Origin: Scyliorhinus canicula
Lineage: Eukaryota
Direction of reading: 5' to 3'
Assembly: GCF_902713615.1 (NCBI RefSeq)
Contig: NC_052149.1
Location: forward strand, 75,076,543-75,140,542
Length of the DNA: 64,000 nt
Below the pieces are notes generated by a model. That model ran no database searches. It was given only the letters and a program-made list of their open reading frames with translations, and was not told the DNA's origin. Both the position numbers and the translations under genes were made by a program. Of the stretch, positions 38,301-53,300 are shown in pieces; within the stretch, counting starts at the first letter, position 1; every line of letters starts with the position of its first letter.

Positions 38301-41300
38301 TATGTGCTGGGAAAATGGTGAAAATCCCTTCTTCTGAGCTGAAGTATTGCCACTTAATACCGGGGTTTGACTTGAAGTTGTCAGCAAGAACTGTTGGGTT
38401 AAAAAGTTAAGATTGAATGTTAGAATCATAGAATTTACAGTGCAGGAGGAGGCCACTCAGCCCATCGAGTCTGCACCAGCTCTTGGAAAGAGCACCCTGC
38501 CCAAGCCCACACCTCGACCCTATCCCCATAACCCAGTAACCCTACCCAACACTAAGGGCAATTTAGCATAGCCAATCCACCTAACCTGCACATCTTTGGA
38601 CCGTGGGAGGAAAGCGGAGCACCCGGAGGAAACCCACGCACACATGGGGAGAACGCGCAGACTCCACACAGACAGTGACCCAAGCTGGGAATTGAACCTG
38701 GGACCCTGGAGCTGTGAATTAATTGTGCTAATCATTATGCTACCGAGCTGCCCCATTGTTTCATTGGAAAGCATAGATGGAAAATTGCTGGGTCATTTCA
38801 TACAATAGCTCAACAACTGCTTAATCCAGGAAGAGGTATTGTCATTTTAAGGATAATGGGTGGTGGAGGTGGCCTGCCATCGGCTGGTGTCAGGATCCTC
38901 TGGTCCCAACGATGTCTATAGGGTTTTGTGTGCCCCGCCAACCCCACCGCCAGGGACTCTGCCAGTGGGAGTCTCCATTGGCAGGACTGGAAGATCCCGC
39001 CGACAGGAAGGGCTGGAAAGCTTTGGCCATTCGGTCAGACAGGGGCAACATAGTCTCAAACCAGAATTCTGCTCATGGGGATCACAGTTGGCATTTTCAG
39101 CTTTACGCTGCTATCACTGAACAAATGTGTAGCTATACAAAAAAAAAGAAATCAGGGAGTGGGAAATTGACATTCAAAAACAAATGGTCGATATCAGAGG
39201 GTTGGTGCCCTTATTTCACCTCACACTTTTAAAAATACTAATCAAAATCCAGTTCAAACTGGACAAGTGATAGATGCCAGCTGAAGGCCAGAGGTGAACC
39301 TGAGGCTCTGACCACAGGAAGATGAAATTGAAAGTGCTGAAATCTCACTTTCAAGTGCCGAAGATCAGAACAGCAGGGAACTGTGCTGGATTCCATGACA
39401 GCTGCGAGATGCAAGAACAACTCTATGTAGACAGCATAAAGTGACATTGCTCTTGCGTTTAACATTGACTAAGATGCAGTTACATTTCCGAGTTGCAAAG
39501 CAGGTGAAAAATGCATGTATAACCTCCATTCTTCTCCCCCCCTACCTCCCATATGTAAACTTTACAGAAAACAACTGTCCACACCAATTATCCTTTTTTT
39601 AAAAAAAAAAACACACATTTACAGTTCACAGTCCACGTTTTGCCATTATAATTTCCCAGGCTCACATTTATAATCAGTTTTGATTATGTAATGCAATAAC
39701 TTCAATCTGGTTGCCGAGTGACTTTCCAACCAATCGGAGGGCCTGACCACTATCTTTCACCATCTGCTCAGTAGTTTTTCCACATTCAAATTTACTGTCT
39801 CAGTTCTTATTAAATTGAATTTTACATCATCATGCCCCTTTTTAGTTGTCTTTGATTTTTAACCAAACTCCCCTTTTAGAATTTAAAATGTAAAGAGTCA
39901 CTTTTTTCAGCACAATTTGCTTTACTGTGCATTGGCACATCTTTGGTTCTTCTATATTGTCAGCAATATCCTCAGAACTTGAGCCCAAAAACCACAGCAG
40001 GAAGAATATAGTAACTCATTGTGCATAAATGAATAGCAAAAATGATTAATGTAAACTTTAAGTTTGCCATCTTCTGGCATGGTCTGCAGTTGAAGACAGG
40101 CCAATGATATCACCATCTCCCATCCCAACTCAACATAGTTTACTAGGCCTGCTTGGCTTCGGATTGCTCGGTCATAGAGCAAGAACAGAAATGATGGGAG
40201 CAAATGGGCTCTTTCTGTGCTGCATACCTCTTGTGGTTTTATGGTACTGACTTGCAACTATGTGAATGTGGTACACAGCTGGCAAATAATTCTGTCTGAA
40301 GTGATATTTTAAAGTCGGTAACAGATTCCGAGAATGTACCACATCAATGGAGGTAGGGCAAAGTCAAGCTTTCCTACTGTACTGCAGTCGGCCACCATTT
40401 TCCTCTTTGGGTGAGATTCAGCTAAAAGGGAACAAAGTCCCATAGCGAGTGTGTTTAGCTGTATGTTTCCTGGAGCTCGCAGCGCCAAGCAACACATGGC
40501 TATACAATACCACTCACGGTAAATAAGGGGCCTCAGCAGGGAATACGCAGCCTAGGCAGCACATTTTCTACACTGAGGTGCTCCGATCGCAGAAACTCCT
40601 CAGTATAGTGAGAGATTGGTATGCCATTTAAAAATGGCACCTGATCTCCAAGGCCCCCCCCCCCCCCGGGCAGGTCCAGGCTGGCACCTAGGCGGTATTG
40701 CCAGGGCACCAGGCTGGCAGCACCAGGTTTTCAGTGCCTGGGTGGCACCAGCAGTGCCAGGGTACCACTCTCCAATCCCCTGGGAGACCCCCATGAGTGC
40801 ATTATCGTCTGGTACCCGTTTGTGGAGACCAGTGCTGAACAGTGCTCGCCCGAGGTCTCCAAGGCAAAGGAGATAGATCCCAACGCCTTGGTTACCTCGG
40901 GAATCTGCACATTAAAGTGAGACATTAATCAACCATGCTGCGTTGCGGCGAGCTGCTTCTCGGGAACAGCATGGCGTTAGGATCACGCCCGTTGTCTTGT
41001 TTAAATTTTAATAAATACAGAATCTTTGAGCCTTAATATTTACAAGAAATTATAGTAAAGAAGGCCATGGGCACACACATATGTCAGGCACTGCCCACTG
41101 CCTTGTTGAATTCTGCCTGATGCTTGGTCAGGTCAGCTCCAATGTCCTGGTAGATCCTGATCCGGTGACCTTCCCAGTTACAGTTTTTTTTGTTTGCCTT
41201 GCCCAGCGCAGGATTCTTTCCCGGTCTTGGTACTGGTGTATTTTAGCGATTATCGCCCTCAGTTGTTCTCCAGCTTTGAGTTTTGGACTAAGTGACCGGC

Positions 41301-44300
41301 GGGCTATGTCTATTCCTGGTGGGTTGGGGAAACTGTCTCTTCCCACCAGATTTCCCAGCATTTGGACCACATAGTCTGTGGGGTCCTTGTCTTCGATTCC
41401 CTCGGGCAGGCTAACAATCTGTAGGTTTTGGCGCCTCGATCGGTTTTCCTGATCCTCAATCTTTCCTTTCAGACTACCCTGCGTCGCGACCAACCTTGAT
41501 ATTTCCTTTTCCAGGACAGCGATCCGATCATTTTCATCTGTTAAGGCCTTACCCAGCTTCATTACGGTGCTTTCCAGGGCTTCCAATAGCCTCTCTGCCT
41601 TGTCTAGGGCCACCTGCTTGGTCACCAGAGCTTCCGCGACTGCCACCCTGACCGCAAGGGGGGGGGGGGGGGGGGGGCACTGGTCATCATTCACCAACTG
41701 AGTCTTGGGAGTTAACTACATGACTGCAGAACATCTGTACTATGGCTGTGTTGTGTGAATCCACTCCATGTTTTCAGTGCTTCTGTACAGTACATGTGAA
41801 TAGGCAGCACAAATGAAATTTTTTCAGAGGGAAATCGCATGATGGACCATCTACTCCAGGGTCAGCTCACAGTTTGACAACATTTGGAGTTCCTACTCGT
41901 CTGACATGTCAAGGATCGGAAATCAAGGATCGGAAATCTGACATTCGGTCGTCATTTATAAAAGTCAGGGGCTGGATTCTTCGCACCCTCGTGCAAAATC
42001 GCGGCCGGCATGGGGCGGAGAATCCATGTTTCCGCAGGAAATCAGGACCGGCAGCAGTTCACCGATTCTGCGGGTCCCGAAAAGCGGCTGGTACCATTGC
42101 TGGAGGCCCGCTCCGACATCCTCCGCCCCCGACCAGCTGAAGTCCCGATGGCGTGGAACTAATATGCTCCAGCCGGTCAGGATACTCGCGTGGCGGCTGT
42201 GAACTCAGTCCGTGGCAGCCCTGGTCGGGGGCGGGTGGATAGGAGGCCAGGGTGGCCTTAAAGACAGCTGGGGAATGTTCGTGCGGGGGGTGAGGGTCAG
42301 GCACGCGGCCAATCGGGGGGTCTCTTTTGTGGGTCTAGCTCCGCGGTCCGAGTCCGCCATGGAGTACGGCGCGGCCGCTGGAGACCACCGCCGTGCGCAT
42401 GCGCGGCCTCCGACCCGGAAGTGCGGGGGCCCGTATCTACAGCCAAAGCTGCGAAATCTACTCCAGGTCCCTGTCAGCACCCTGCAGGACTGGGAATTCA
42501 TATCCCTTTGATCCAGGGTTTTCAGGCGTAAAACTACCGTTTTGACGCCGCTGTGGGGACATTGTCCCAACAATGGAGAATGCAGCCCCAGGTTTGCAGA
42601 GCCGGGCAAAAAAGCTCAACCTATGGACTCCAATACAAGGCCAAAGTTGGAACACACTCCACCATTTTGTGACACCCCTTTATGGAAAAGACAGGAAAAA
42701 CCATACAAACCACACAACTTAACATTCATCAGAACAATACCAGGAATGAGAAATTATATAAAGAGGCTGCAAAGATAATAGGTATATTTCGACTGGAGTG
42801 GAGAAGCCAAAGGAAAGCTTAACAGACACTTATAGAATGAACGATTTTGATAAAATGAGCATGGAAAAGGTAACTTGTTCTGGAAGAAGGTCAGTAACAA
42901 AGGTCTTCAATTTAAAATAATCACAATATCAGTGCAGAGTGATTACAAGACATTTCTTCATTTGCGTTTGTTAGGTGCGTAGACTGCTTTGCCACAGGAA
43001 ACAGTTGTGGCAGACACCACTACATATTTTAAGGGAAAATTGAATTCATATTTGAAGCACAGGAAGATAGGGAGAGTGGAGTATAGGATCAGATTGCATT
43101 GCTCGAGTAATAACCTAATGAACCAAATTTCCTCCTGTTATGCTATAAATCTCCACGCGTCCATGGCTCCCTTTTGTTCCCTGGGAAATTGATCCTAACA
43201 TTTGGACAGCTAGTAATGAGGCTGGAATCACTGGTGTCTTGTTGCAGCACACTGGATTTAGACTAGTACAATATAAAGGACTTTGTTAATAACCTAAATT
43301 TAGGGGATGAGGATGGGGACCACAGTGATAGGGGATTAGGGTGAAGAGAGGAGAAGGCTGGGGCAGCAGCAGCCCAAACCGCTTTGTGGGATCCAAAGGA
43401 GCGCTCAATTCTTCCAGCCTCACAAAAATAATTGATACGGCCTCTGACTGAATATTGCCTGTAAAACTGATCAGACATGGCACTTCATTAAAACTGTCAC
43501 TTAGATGATGTACATTTGACATAGAACTGCATTTGATCTACAATACAAATAGGTAATTCAGCTCATCTGGTCAAGGGTTCTGTTGATACCCCACATGAGC
43601 CGTCTCCCATTTTAATTATCTATTCTCACACTGCTCCTACACACCAAGCTTCCCTTTAAATGTGTAACTTCTATTTGTTTCAAACACTCCATGTGACAGC
43701 AAGATCGACATTCTCACTATCGCATGGATGAATATATTCTCCCTAAATTCCTTATTTGATCCTGAAACAATAATAAGGTGTGGCAGGTTATTTGTCTATA
43801 ACAGGCATCAAAGGGAAGAATAAACCTGTACATGCACCATGCCCGTGCATAAAACTCCCAAAGGAGTCACTGGGTGGTGCCAATTAGAAGTGAAGACCGT
43901 GCCTGATTTTTCACTCAATCAAGGAGCATCAAGGCCATTATAACACCTAAAAATTAGCCCCGCATCAAAATCAGCTAAATCCCAAGATAAGACCTTGCCA
44001 TTTGGTATTTTTCTGCATTGCATCCGACATGCCTCATAGAATCAGCAAAACTAAAATATAAAAAAATGAAATAAGCCCATGTTAAAAGATGGAACTTTCC
44101 ATCAAAAGATTGCCAGATAGAGAAGTTTACCTTCATTTGAATACATCCTTTTTAGAAACGTGTTCATAGTTCTGAAATTTGCAAGTAGTTATTACCAACA
44201 CCTAAAAATAGATGACCTGGTCATTGATTTCACTGTGTGCGACCTTTGCTGTGCAGAAATTAGCTGTTGCGTTTCCAATGAACCAGCATTCTGCTTCTTT

Positions 44301-47300
44301 CCAGCAGACGGCAGATGGGAACGGTGACATTATTGTGGCCGATTGCTATTTTAATCTGTGGCCCCAGCGATTAAGCCATTTTGTGTTTCCCTCCAGGTAA
44401 GACCAACAGAGAGAGGGGCATGGCGGCACAATGGTTAGCACTGCTGCCACACAGTTGATTGTGTGGCGTTTGTACATTCTCCCCATGTCTGCGGAGATTT
44501 CCTCCGGGTGCTCTGGTTTCTTTCCAAAGTCCAAAGATGTGCAGGTTAGATGGATTGGCCATGCTAAATTTTCCCTTAGGGCGAGGTTGCAGGAATAGGG
44601 CAGGGAATTGGGCCTAGGTAGAGTGATCTTTCAAAGGGTCAGTGCAGACTCGATGGGCTGAATGGCCTCCTCCTGCAATGTAGTGATTCTATGGATTTGA
44701 CAGATTGAAGGCACAGCCAGAAGAGGCCCAAACAGGCTAGGTTCTTCAAAATATTTTTTTAAACTCATGAGGTTAGGCAGAGCAAGAGTCTGCCTCTGGG
44801 CCCCACAAGGAATACTTAGATCTTCCCTGCCTCGACTCCCCCTCCTGTGCTTTACTGCAGTGCCAGGGACTTTTACATCACTCCACTGGCTGTCTGCTGT
44901 CATCCAGCATATCATTTCCGCCTGACAAGGCTTTCTGCCAGTTTCACACAGGCAACTGATCAAGGGCTTACAGATTAGGCCCAGGACTTTTAAAATTCCT
45001 TAGGCCTCATACTGTTGAGGCCGGGAAGATTTGTCATTCAGTTCCGCCTCCAACCCAAATTAAAATTGTACATGCGAGGATAATCATAGGGGTAAATGAT
45101 GTGTCTACATAGTTGAAGCAGATAAATTATTGGTATTTGATAAAACAAACTGTTTTTTGGGGTAGAGAAAAAACAAACTGCTTATGAATTAGAAGGGACA
45201 GCAAGAATTGCTAACAGAGTGTCTTTTAAATTAGATAAATCGCAGGAGAGGAAACTAGAGATACATCAAAGGAATATAAGCAAAGCACAAAATAAATCTA
45301 AAGACAGTATAATAACGGGAAGACAGCAGCAAAACAAAAAGATAAGTGGCAAAGTATTTGGGGGAATGTTGGAATTTGAGCTGTACTTAACAAAACTGAA
45401 TTATAGCACCATGGGGCTCACAGAAACATGGTTCACGACAGACAGGAGAAGTGAATTTAAAATGTGTACTGACGGTTATTCAAGAAAGATTGTAACAATA
45501 GGAGGAGAGGCAGGATAGTTCTGTATTTTCTGAATTAATAATAATGGATGCTTCACCAATCCAACATAAACCAAGAATGTTCAAACACTGCACTGGCAGA
45601 ATCAGTACTGGTATGTAATACAAGACCACCTTGGCATAACAGGTAATCGACTGCAACCAGGAGAAGCTCACAGCTAGTACAACTTATCAAAGTACTCAAA
45701 GATATTCATAACGTAGACATATCAGTTAAGATGAACAAATATTACGGGTGGCACAATGGTTAGCATTGCTGCCTTGCAGCGCCGAGGTCCAGGTTCGATC
45801 CCGGCCCCAGGCCACTGTCCGTGTGGAGTTTACACATTCTCCCAGTGTCTGCGTGGGTCTCACCCCCACAACCCAAAGATGTGTAGGTTAGGTGGATTGT
45901 CCACGCTAAATTGCCCCTCAACTGGAAAAAAAAGGAATTGGATATCCTAAAATTGTAAAACAAAAACAAAAATGAACAAATATTATGCAGCCAAATTGAG
46001 ATAATCTATCAGTCAATGCCAACAGGGATGAAGATAGAAATATATTACTTAAGACAGGTAAAATTAGAGATCAGCTAAATGACATGAAGGGAGATGTGAG
46101 ACAGATCTCAATAGAAATTGGAAAAGATTTAAAACAATATTAAATATGCAAGAGGTGTACATAAACCAAGAACAGTAAGTACATAAGGTAAACACACAGG
46201 ACATGATAGCTGGAATGCAACGTGCTGGAATAAAGAAAACAAAGCAGGTAAACTAAACTAGCAAAAAAGATACAAAGATGGAGACAAAAGTAAAGATCTA
46301 AAATTGTTGAACTCAATTTTAGGGCCATACGGTAGCACAAGTGATCAGCACTGTGGCTTCGCAGCGCCGGGGTCCCGGGTTCGATTCCCTGCTGGGTCTC
46401 TGTCTGTGTGGAGTCTGCATGTTCTCCCAGTGTCTGCGTGGGTTTCCTCCGGCTTCTCCGGTTTCCTCCCACGGTCCAGAGACGTGCAGGTTGGGTGGAT
46501 TAGCCATGCTAAATTGCCCTTAGTGACCAAAAAAAAAAGGTTGGGGGTGGGGTTTATGGGTTGCGGGGATGGGGTGAAAGTGAGGGCTTAATTGGGTCAG
46601 TGCAGACTCGATGGGCCGAATGGCCTCCTTCTGCACTGTATGTTCTAATGATTCACCCAATTTGAGACTAAGTGATTGCGCAGCGGGAAAACCGGAGCGA
46701 TTCCTGCTGGTGTGAGGATCGAACCCGACGTGCCATTCAATGACACTTGGAAACTTTTTAACCCAGGATTGGGGTCTCCATGCTATTCAATGGCACATCA
46801 GGGTTTTCGCTGGACCCGAGAGCGGCCAAATCTAATACCTTTGACAGATCTCGCTCCTCAGAGATCGGGGCGCCGTTTTTAAAGATCGCGGTGATTTCAG
46901 AATGCAGCTGCAGTACCCCCCAGATTGCTGTCAACGACATCCCACCCTAATCACTGGCAAGGGTCCTGGTCATTACTGCCCCCATCTCCCCCTTTCAGCA
47001 CCTACCCACGCCGATTCCCCCACTTCATGTCCTGCTCCATGGCAGCTCAAACCTGCCAGCTTGCACTCATGAGGGGCAGCAAGGGGGTGAGTACCCTCCA
47101 TTAAATTGCCTCCTTTTTTAAATATAGAGGCTGTCTCTTTGTTGTCAAGAGCTTTTGAGAACTGGGGTTAGAAAAACAGTTGCTCCACTGAGATAAATGA
47201 ACCCTTGCAGAGCTATACAAATAAACAACCTTAATCCTCCCTTTGAAACTGCCTGGAGCTGTCAATCAGAAAGATTAGTAAAAGGCAATAGTATGTGGAA

Positions 47301-50300
47301 TTGACGGTAAACAATACAGTTCAAAGCTTTTAGGATTCTGGGCATACAAACAGGCTAGAAAATATTAAAGGGCAATGACTTTACTGTGAGAAAAACACTT
47401 AAAATGTTTCCACCACTTTAAAGAGAATACTTTTTTCTTCACCTCAGAGATTTTTGAACTTGGCATGCTGACAGACAGTTTAAAGGGTTTAAAGGTTGCA
47501 GACGATAAGACCAGTCAAATGACCCCCATCCCAGGAAAGACCCGATACCCTCCACTCCAGCACAAGCCCCCCCTGACCCCCACCTCACATAAAGAACCCT
47601 CCCCCACCTTCGCACCCTGGAGTGAATTGTAGGGAGGGGAACTCACCCCCTTGCCACCACTCATTGTGCAAGTTGCCAGTTCCCCGTTTCTCAGGAACTG
47701 CACCAATTCATGCCAGTGGAACTCCCGGCTGGGGAATCCCAGGAGGAAGATGAGTTGGGCGTCCTACATGTAAACTATATTGAAATTTGGGTTAATGACC
47801 ACTTTGCATGTTCCTGCTGTGTCTGGGCGGGAAACTCGTTGGGAGACATTGGGGCGGGAGACTCGCAAAGGGTTTCACGACTGGCGTGAAAACTGTTTTT
47901 TGCCCGACGCCCAATTCACTGAGCCATCTGGATTCCCGCCACTGACTGGCCACTCTGGAGAATCCCAAAATCAATAATATCAACATTTGTGCAGCACATG
48001 GCACAGTGGTTAGCACTGGGACAACGGCGCTGAGGATCCGCGTTCGAATCCCGGCCGTGGGTCACTGTCCATGTGGAGTTTTCACATTCTCCCCGTGTCT
48101 ACATGGATTTCACCCCCACAACCCAAAGATTTGCTGGTTAGGTGTATTGGCCATGCAAATTGCCCCTTAATTGGAAAAAAAAAATAACTGGGTACTCTTA
48201 AAAAAAAATGTTTTAATCAACATTTAAATTATAAAAAAGGAAATAATAATCTATGACGGACAGACCAAAAAGCACAGTCTTGGGAGAACAGGATAAGAAA
48301 ATGTGCAATCAGGTGAAGACAGGCTATAATTCTGATGCAAAGGCAGCACTACAGATAACACAGCAAAGGGTGTTAAATTGTATGTTTTCAGGACAACAGT
48401 AATATAATAGATATGGAGGAAGTTATAACTCTGGTGGAGACAAACGGAAATAATTGAATTCTACTTAACGATAATTTTCTAGAAGTATTCACAATGAGGG
48501 GAATTAGTAGTGCGGTAACTATCCAAAAGGATTTTTAAACCAGTTTGAAAGTAGTAATTAGGTTGCGGAGACTGAATGCAAGTCTCCTGCGTCAGACGGT
48601 GTATATGCTAGAATGTTAATGGGGCATTGACAAGAAATCTCTGAATATAGTGGTCCTTTGGTACTGGAGGATTCAAAAATTGGAAGCAAACAAATGTATT
48701 ATCTGGGGGAAAATAGGAAATACAGCAACTAAAGATTGATGGGCCCAAAGTGGATAAAATAAACAACTGTAAGGATACGGTTGATGGTGTTACTATATAC
48801 CAAATAGAAATACAGAATGGAGCATCCCATGATGCAGTTTATTTGACAAGCTTTCACATGAAAGGTTATCAATAAAACTGAAAATTATAGAAATACAAGT
48901 TCAAGGTGCATAAAATGGGCTGGATAAAATGTCACATAAAAACTAGAAGAGAGGGAGAAAAGCGTGAGAAATGCAAAGAAAAAGATGGCAGTTATTGCAA
49001 CAGACATCTGTGCTTAGGTCTGGACACAAAATTCAATTATCAAGTGCCAAAGTTAGCAGATACCGAAAAATGAAGGTGCATAAAACGCACAGGATATAGC
49101 CAATGCTTTGCCGAAAAATTTAGATCAATTAAGCAGGCAAAATGGCAAACAATGGGTGGCAAGGTGGCGCAGTGGTTAGCACTGCTGCCTCATGGTGCCG
49201 AGGACCCGGGCTCAATCCCGGCTCCAGGTCACTGTCCTTGTGGAGTTTGCGCTTTCGCCCCGTGTTTGCGTGGGTGTCACCTCCACAACCCAAAGATGTG
49301 CAGTCTAGTTGGATTGGCAATTGGATACTAAGCTGCTCGAGTTGGATTGATTAATAAGGGGATCAGGGGTTATGGGGAGAAGGCAGGAAAATGGGGATGA
49401 GAAAATATCAGCCATGATTGAATGGTGGAGCAGACTTGATGGGCCGAGTGGCCTAATTCTCTTCTATGTCTTATGGCCAGGCTAAATTGTCCCTTTGTTG
49501 GGGAAAAAAAATAATTGGGTACTCCAAATTTTTTTTTTAAAAGAGTAAAAAAAAGGCAACAACATTCAAATACAAAAATGTTAAGTACGGCGTTTTGTCT
49601 GAAAAAGGAACAAGTTGGGTACAAAATTATGTGAATAAAATTATAAGAGGGACAAAGAAATGAACCTGGGATTAACTGCAGACTCGTCATTTTAAATGTT
49701 AAAATAACCCAAAGAAGGAATTAAGATTATGCTGTGGTTTTAGGCTGCGGTGTTTAGATCTAATTTTAAGAATTGCATATGGTTTTAGTCTTCACACATT
49801 ACAATTGACAGGCGTGCAGTGGACAGAAAATAGACATGAGCAACAATAATGTGCTTACCTGTGGTAGGAGATGAGTTAGAAAGGAAAGATTAGTGAAGTA
49901 GTAGATCTACAGTCAAGCGAGGTCCATTAAAGAGGACATTCATTAAGGTATTCTAAAGTATTAAATGCCCATACTTTAGAAAGGATGTGAAGGCATTAGA
50001 AAAGGGTATAGAATACATTTACAAGAATGATTCCGAAGATACGAAACTTCAGTTGTGTAGATAAGATTGGAGAAATTGGGAAATTGGGAATGTTCTCCCT
50101 GCAGAAGAGAAGGTTGAGTGGTGATTTGGTAGAGGTATTCGTAACCATGAGAGGCCCGGACAGAGTAGATGGGGAGAAACTGTTCTAATTGGTGGATAGA
50201 TGGAGAGCCAAAGGGCACAAACGTAAGGCAATTGGCAAAAGAAACAACGGCAACAAGAGGAAAAATATATTTATGCAGTGAATGGTTAGGACCTGGAATG

Positions 50301-53300
50301 CATGATCTGACAGTGTGGTGGAGGAAGGGTCAATCAAGACAGTAAAGAGGAAATTGGATTAGTATCTGAAAAGGAGGACTGTGCAGGGCTACAGAGAGAA
50401 GGTGGAGGAGTGGCACTAGATGACGTGGTCTTCAAGAGAGCTAGTACAGACACAAAGAGCCAAATGGCTTTCTTCTGTGCTGTTATGATTGTATGAACTC
50501 TACTATTTCTTCAAGATCTGTCATGCCAGTAGGAGTAGAGGGTCATGATTAACATTTTAACAGAAAGCAAATTCAAAATCTGATATTAAGAAAAAGAAGT
50601 TCATGCAAAAAGTGATAAATATTTGGAATAATCTAGCCGCTAAAAGAGTGCAATTGGATACTTTGGTTGAGTTAGAGCAGTTCCAGGGACTGGGTTGCGA
50701 TGGACTGATTGGCCTTTATTTACCACAAACATTTTCCTTCTGTTTCTTACTACAAGGGATTTCTCCAGTCAGTCAGATGCTTGGAACTGATCCAAATCCC
50801 TGCAATCAGGGAACAAAGAGCCTAAATGGTGCAGGGTTCAACACTGATGCACTTGTTACACTGAATGTCAAAACTGGTTGTTATCTGTTACAGATAGCTT
50901 GGTGAGAGGTTGAGTGCAGATGTTTGATTTCAATACTACTTTTGGTCATTTCTTCACAAATAATGCTGTGCGCTAATGATAACTGCATTAAAGAAATAAA
51001 AAACTTGAAGTTACCGAGAGCCTTTAATGACCCCATTGTCCTGAAATGCTGCACTGACAATTAACTACTTTTGAAGTGCAGTTACTTTTGGAATGTGGTT
51101 ACTGTTGTAATCTTGCGAGACGTATTGTGCTAGAGAATGGAAATACTTTGCACTTATCGCACACAATTCAACAAGTATCACAGAAAAATAGAGCCGAGCA
51201 TGCACCTTGGAACCAAATGCAGAAGATGATTGGTGACAGGCCCTTTAGGCTTTTTGTGCGAACATTTCTATCATTCTAATCTGGATTTGAATCCTGGATT
51301 CGGAGCTGAAAACCCAATCCTCCAGTTTCAGGAACTGCTCTACAATGGTTAATAATAGACAGGGGTGGGGGGGGGGGGGACACTGTCAAATAGAAGCAGA
51401 ATGATTTTTAAAATGTTTGAAAAAAAATCTTAGAAGAACAAAAATAAAATTTGAACGAACATCAGCTGGCACACTAACCTGTATTTAAGTCTCGTCCAGG
51501 ATTGAATGCGCGGCTACTGATAGCCATGGAAAGCCTGTCACAGCTGATAGTTTTTGAAACATTTGTGTTGAAATTCCCATCAAACCTATGAAGTTGACGA
51601 TTAAAATGAGATGAGGATTTCAAAGCACAGTATTAAAGCACAGTAACAAAAACAATTCTGACTTTTCACTTGTAATTGAAACCTGGTAAAGTATGAAATG
51701 GCCTGAATTTCGAACAGAAGCCACCTGACCCGACCACATTATACATAACATCACAGAATTGCTGCAGCACAGGGGAAGGATATTCGGCCTGTCATGTTTC
51801 CACCGGCTCTCCAAATGAGCAATTCACCACTCCCAACTTCTCCCTTCAATCCTGCACATTCTTACTTTTCAGATGACAATCCAAAGCCTTGATTGAACCT
51901 GCCTCCACCATGCTCTCAGACAGTGTATTCCAGATCTTAATCACTTGCTGTGTGAAACAATTTCTTCTCATGACTCCATTACCTCCCATTCTTGTACTTT
52001 CACAGGGGGTAACAACCTCTCCCCTGACCTACTCTGTCCAGACCCCTCGATCAAATCGCATCTCAACCTTCTCTTCTCCAAGAAAACAGTCTCAACTTCT
52101 CCAATCNNNNNNNNNNNNNNNNNNNNNNNNNNNNNNNNNNNNNNNNNNNNNNNNNNNNNNNNNNNNNNNNNNNNNNNNNNNNNNNNNNNNNNNNNNNNNN
52201 NNNNNNNNNNNNNNNNNNNNNNNNNNNNNNNNNNNNNNNNNNNNNNNNNNNNNNNNNNNNNNNNNNNNNNNNNNNNNNNNNNNNNNNAGAGAGGGAGAGA
52301 GAGGGGACACTGAGTGAGAGGGAGAGAGAGCGAGAGAGAGGGGAACACCGAGAGAGAGAGACAGGGAACACAGACAGCAGGAGAGAGCGAGGGGGCCGAC
52401 CGGAGCGAGGGGGCCGACCGGAGCGAGGGGGCCGACAGAGGAAACAGAAAGAGAGTTAGAGAGAGCTCAGTGAGAGTGAGAACAGAGAGAGAGAGAACGA
52501 AAGAGAGTTCTGGAGACTAGAGGTGACCCATGTGTCCTTTCCAATCATTTGGTGAATTTAATTCAACAAATACTTTCAGAAGAAAAATTCATAATGTAAT
52601 GATATAGATTTAGGAAACCATCATACAAAATTCAACACCAGGTCAACACCAACATCTTCAGATTCTTCACCCACCTACGTCCTTGCAAATCACAAACCAA
52701 GTAACAATGTGCATAAACAACTGAAATAGATGGAAAAGATGCAGCTTCTGCAATTCCAATATGCAACAAGGCTTCTGATGAGGCCAATGATGGAAGATTA
52801 TAGTTCTCTTCAGCAGACTGCTGAGAAATCATTCCTTTGCTTTTGGACTCTTGTAGCCAAAGAAAACCAATTGATTTGATAGGAGCTAGAGTCCAAATTT
52901 TATAACATCAAAGGAATATAGCCAGGTTGTCAGTCCAATGATAAAAGTTACTGGCAATGAAGTTAGATGTTGATGCCAGAAAAACAGCAGTTGTACATCA
53001 ATACATCAAGATTGTACGTGAACACAAAACATCTGTACAAAATGCCAGCAGCAATACTTCATAGTGCTTCGCCTGCCTGTGGAACTCTGTCACTGGCATC
53101 ATCTGGAAGTTTAAATGCATGTAAAGCTAGCCATCATTTACTAAACTAAGATTGAAGGAGACAAAGGAATATATGAAGTCTCTCAGTTGCCCACTGGTAC
53201 TCCGGTACAATTTCTTTATCTCTTTCTATGCTCGCAGTGTTTACCAAGGGACACCTTCATCTGTCCTTATTGCTGTTATTTCTGCCCTTCCTCAACAATG

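Noticed and set aside
52385-52436. CRISPR-like or coding repeat (SEGADR x3)
   Set aside because: A spacer-less 18-bp tandem repeat in a GA tract next to an assembly gap, in eukaryotic DNA.
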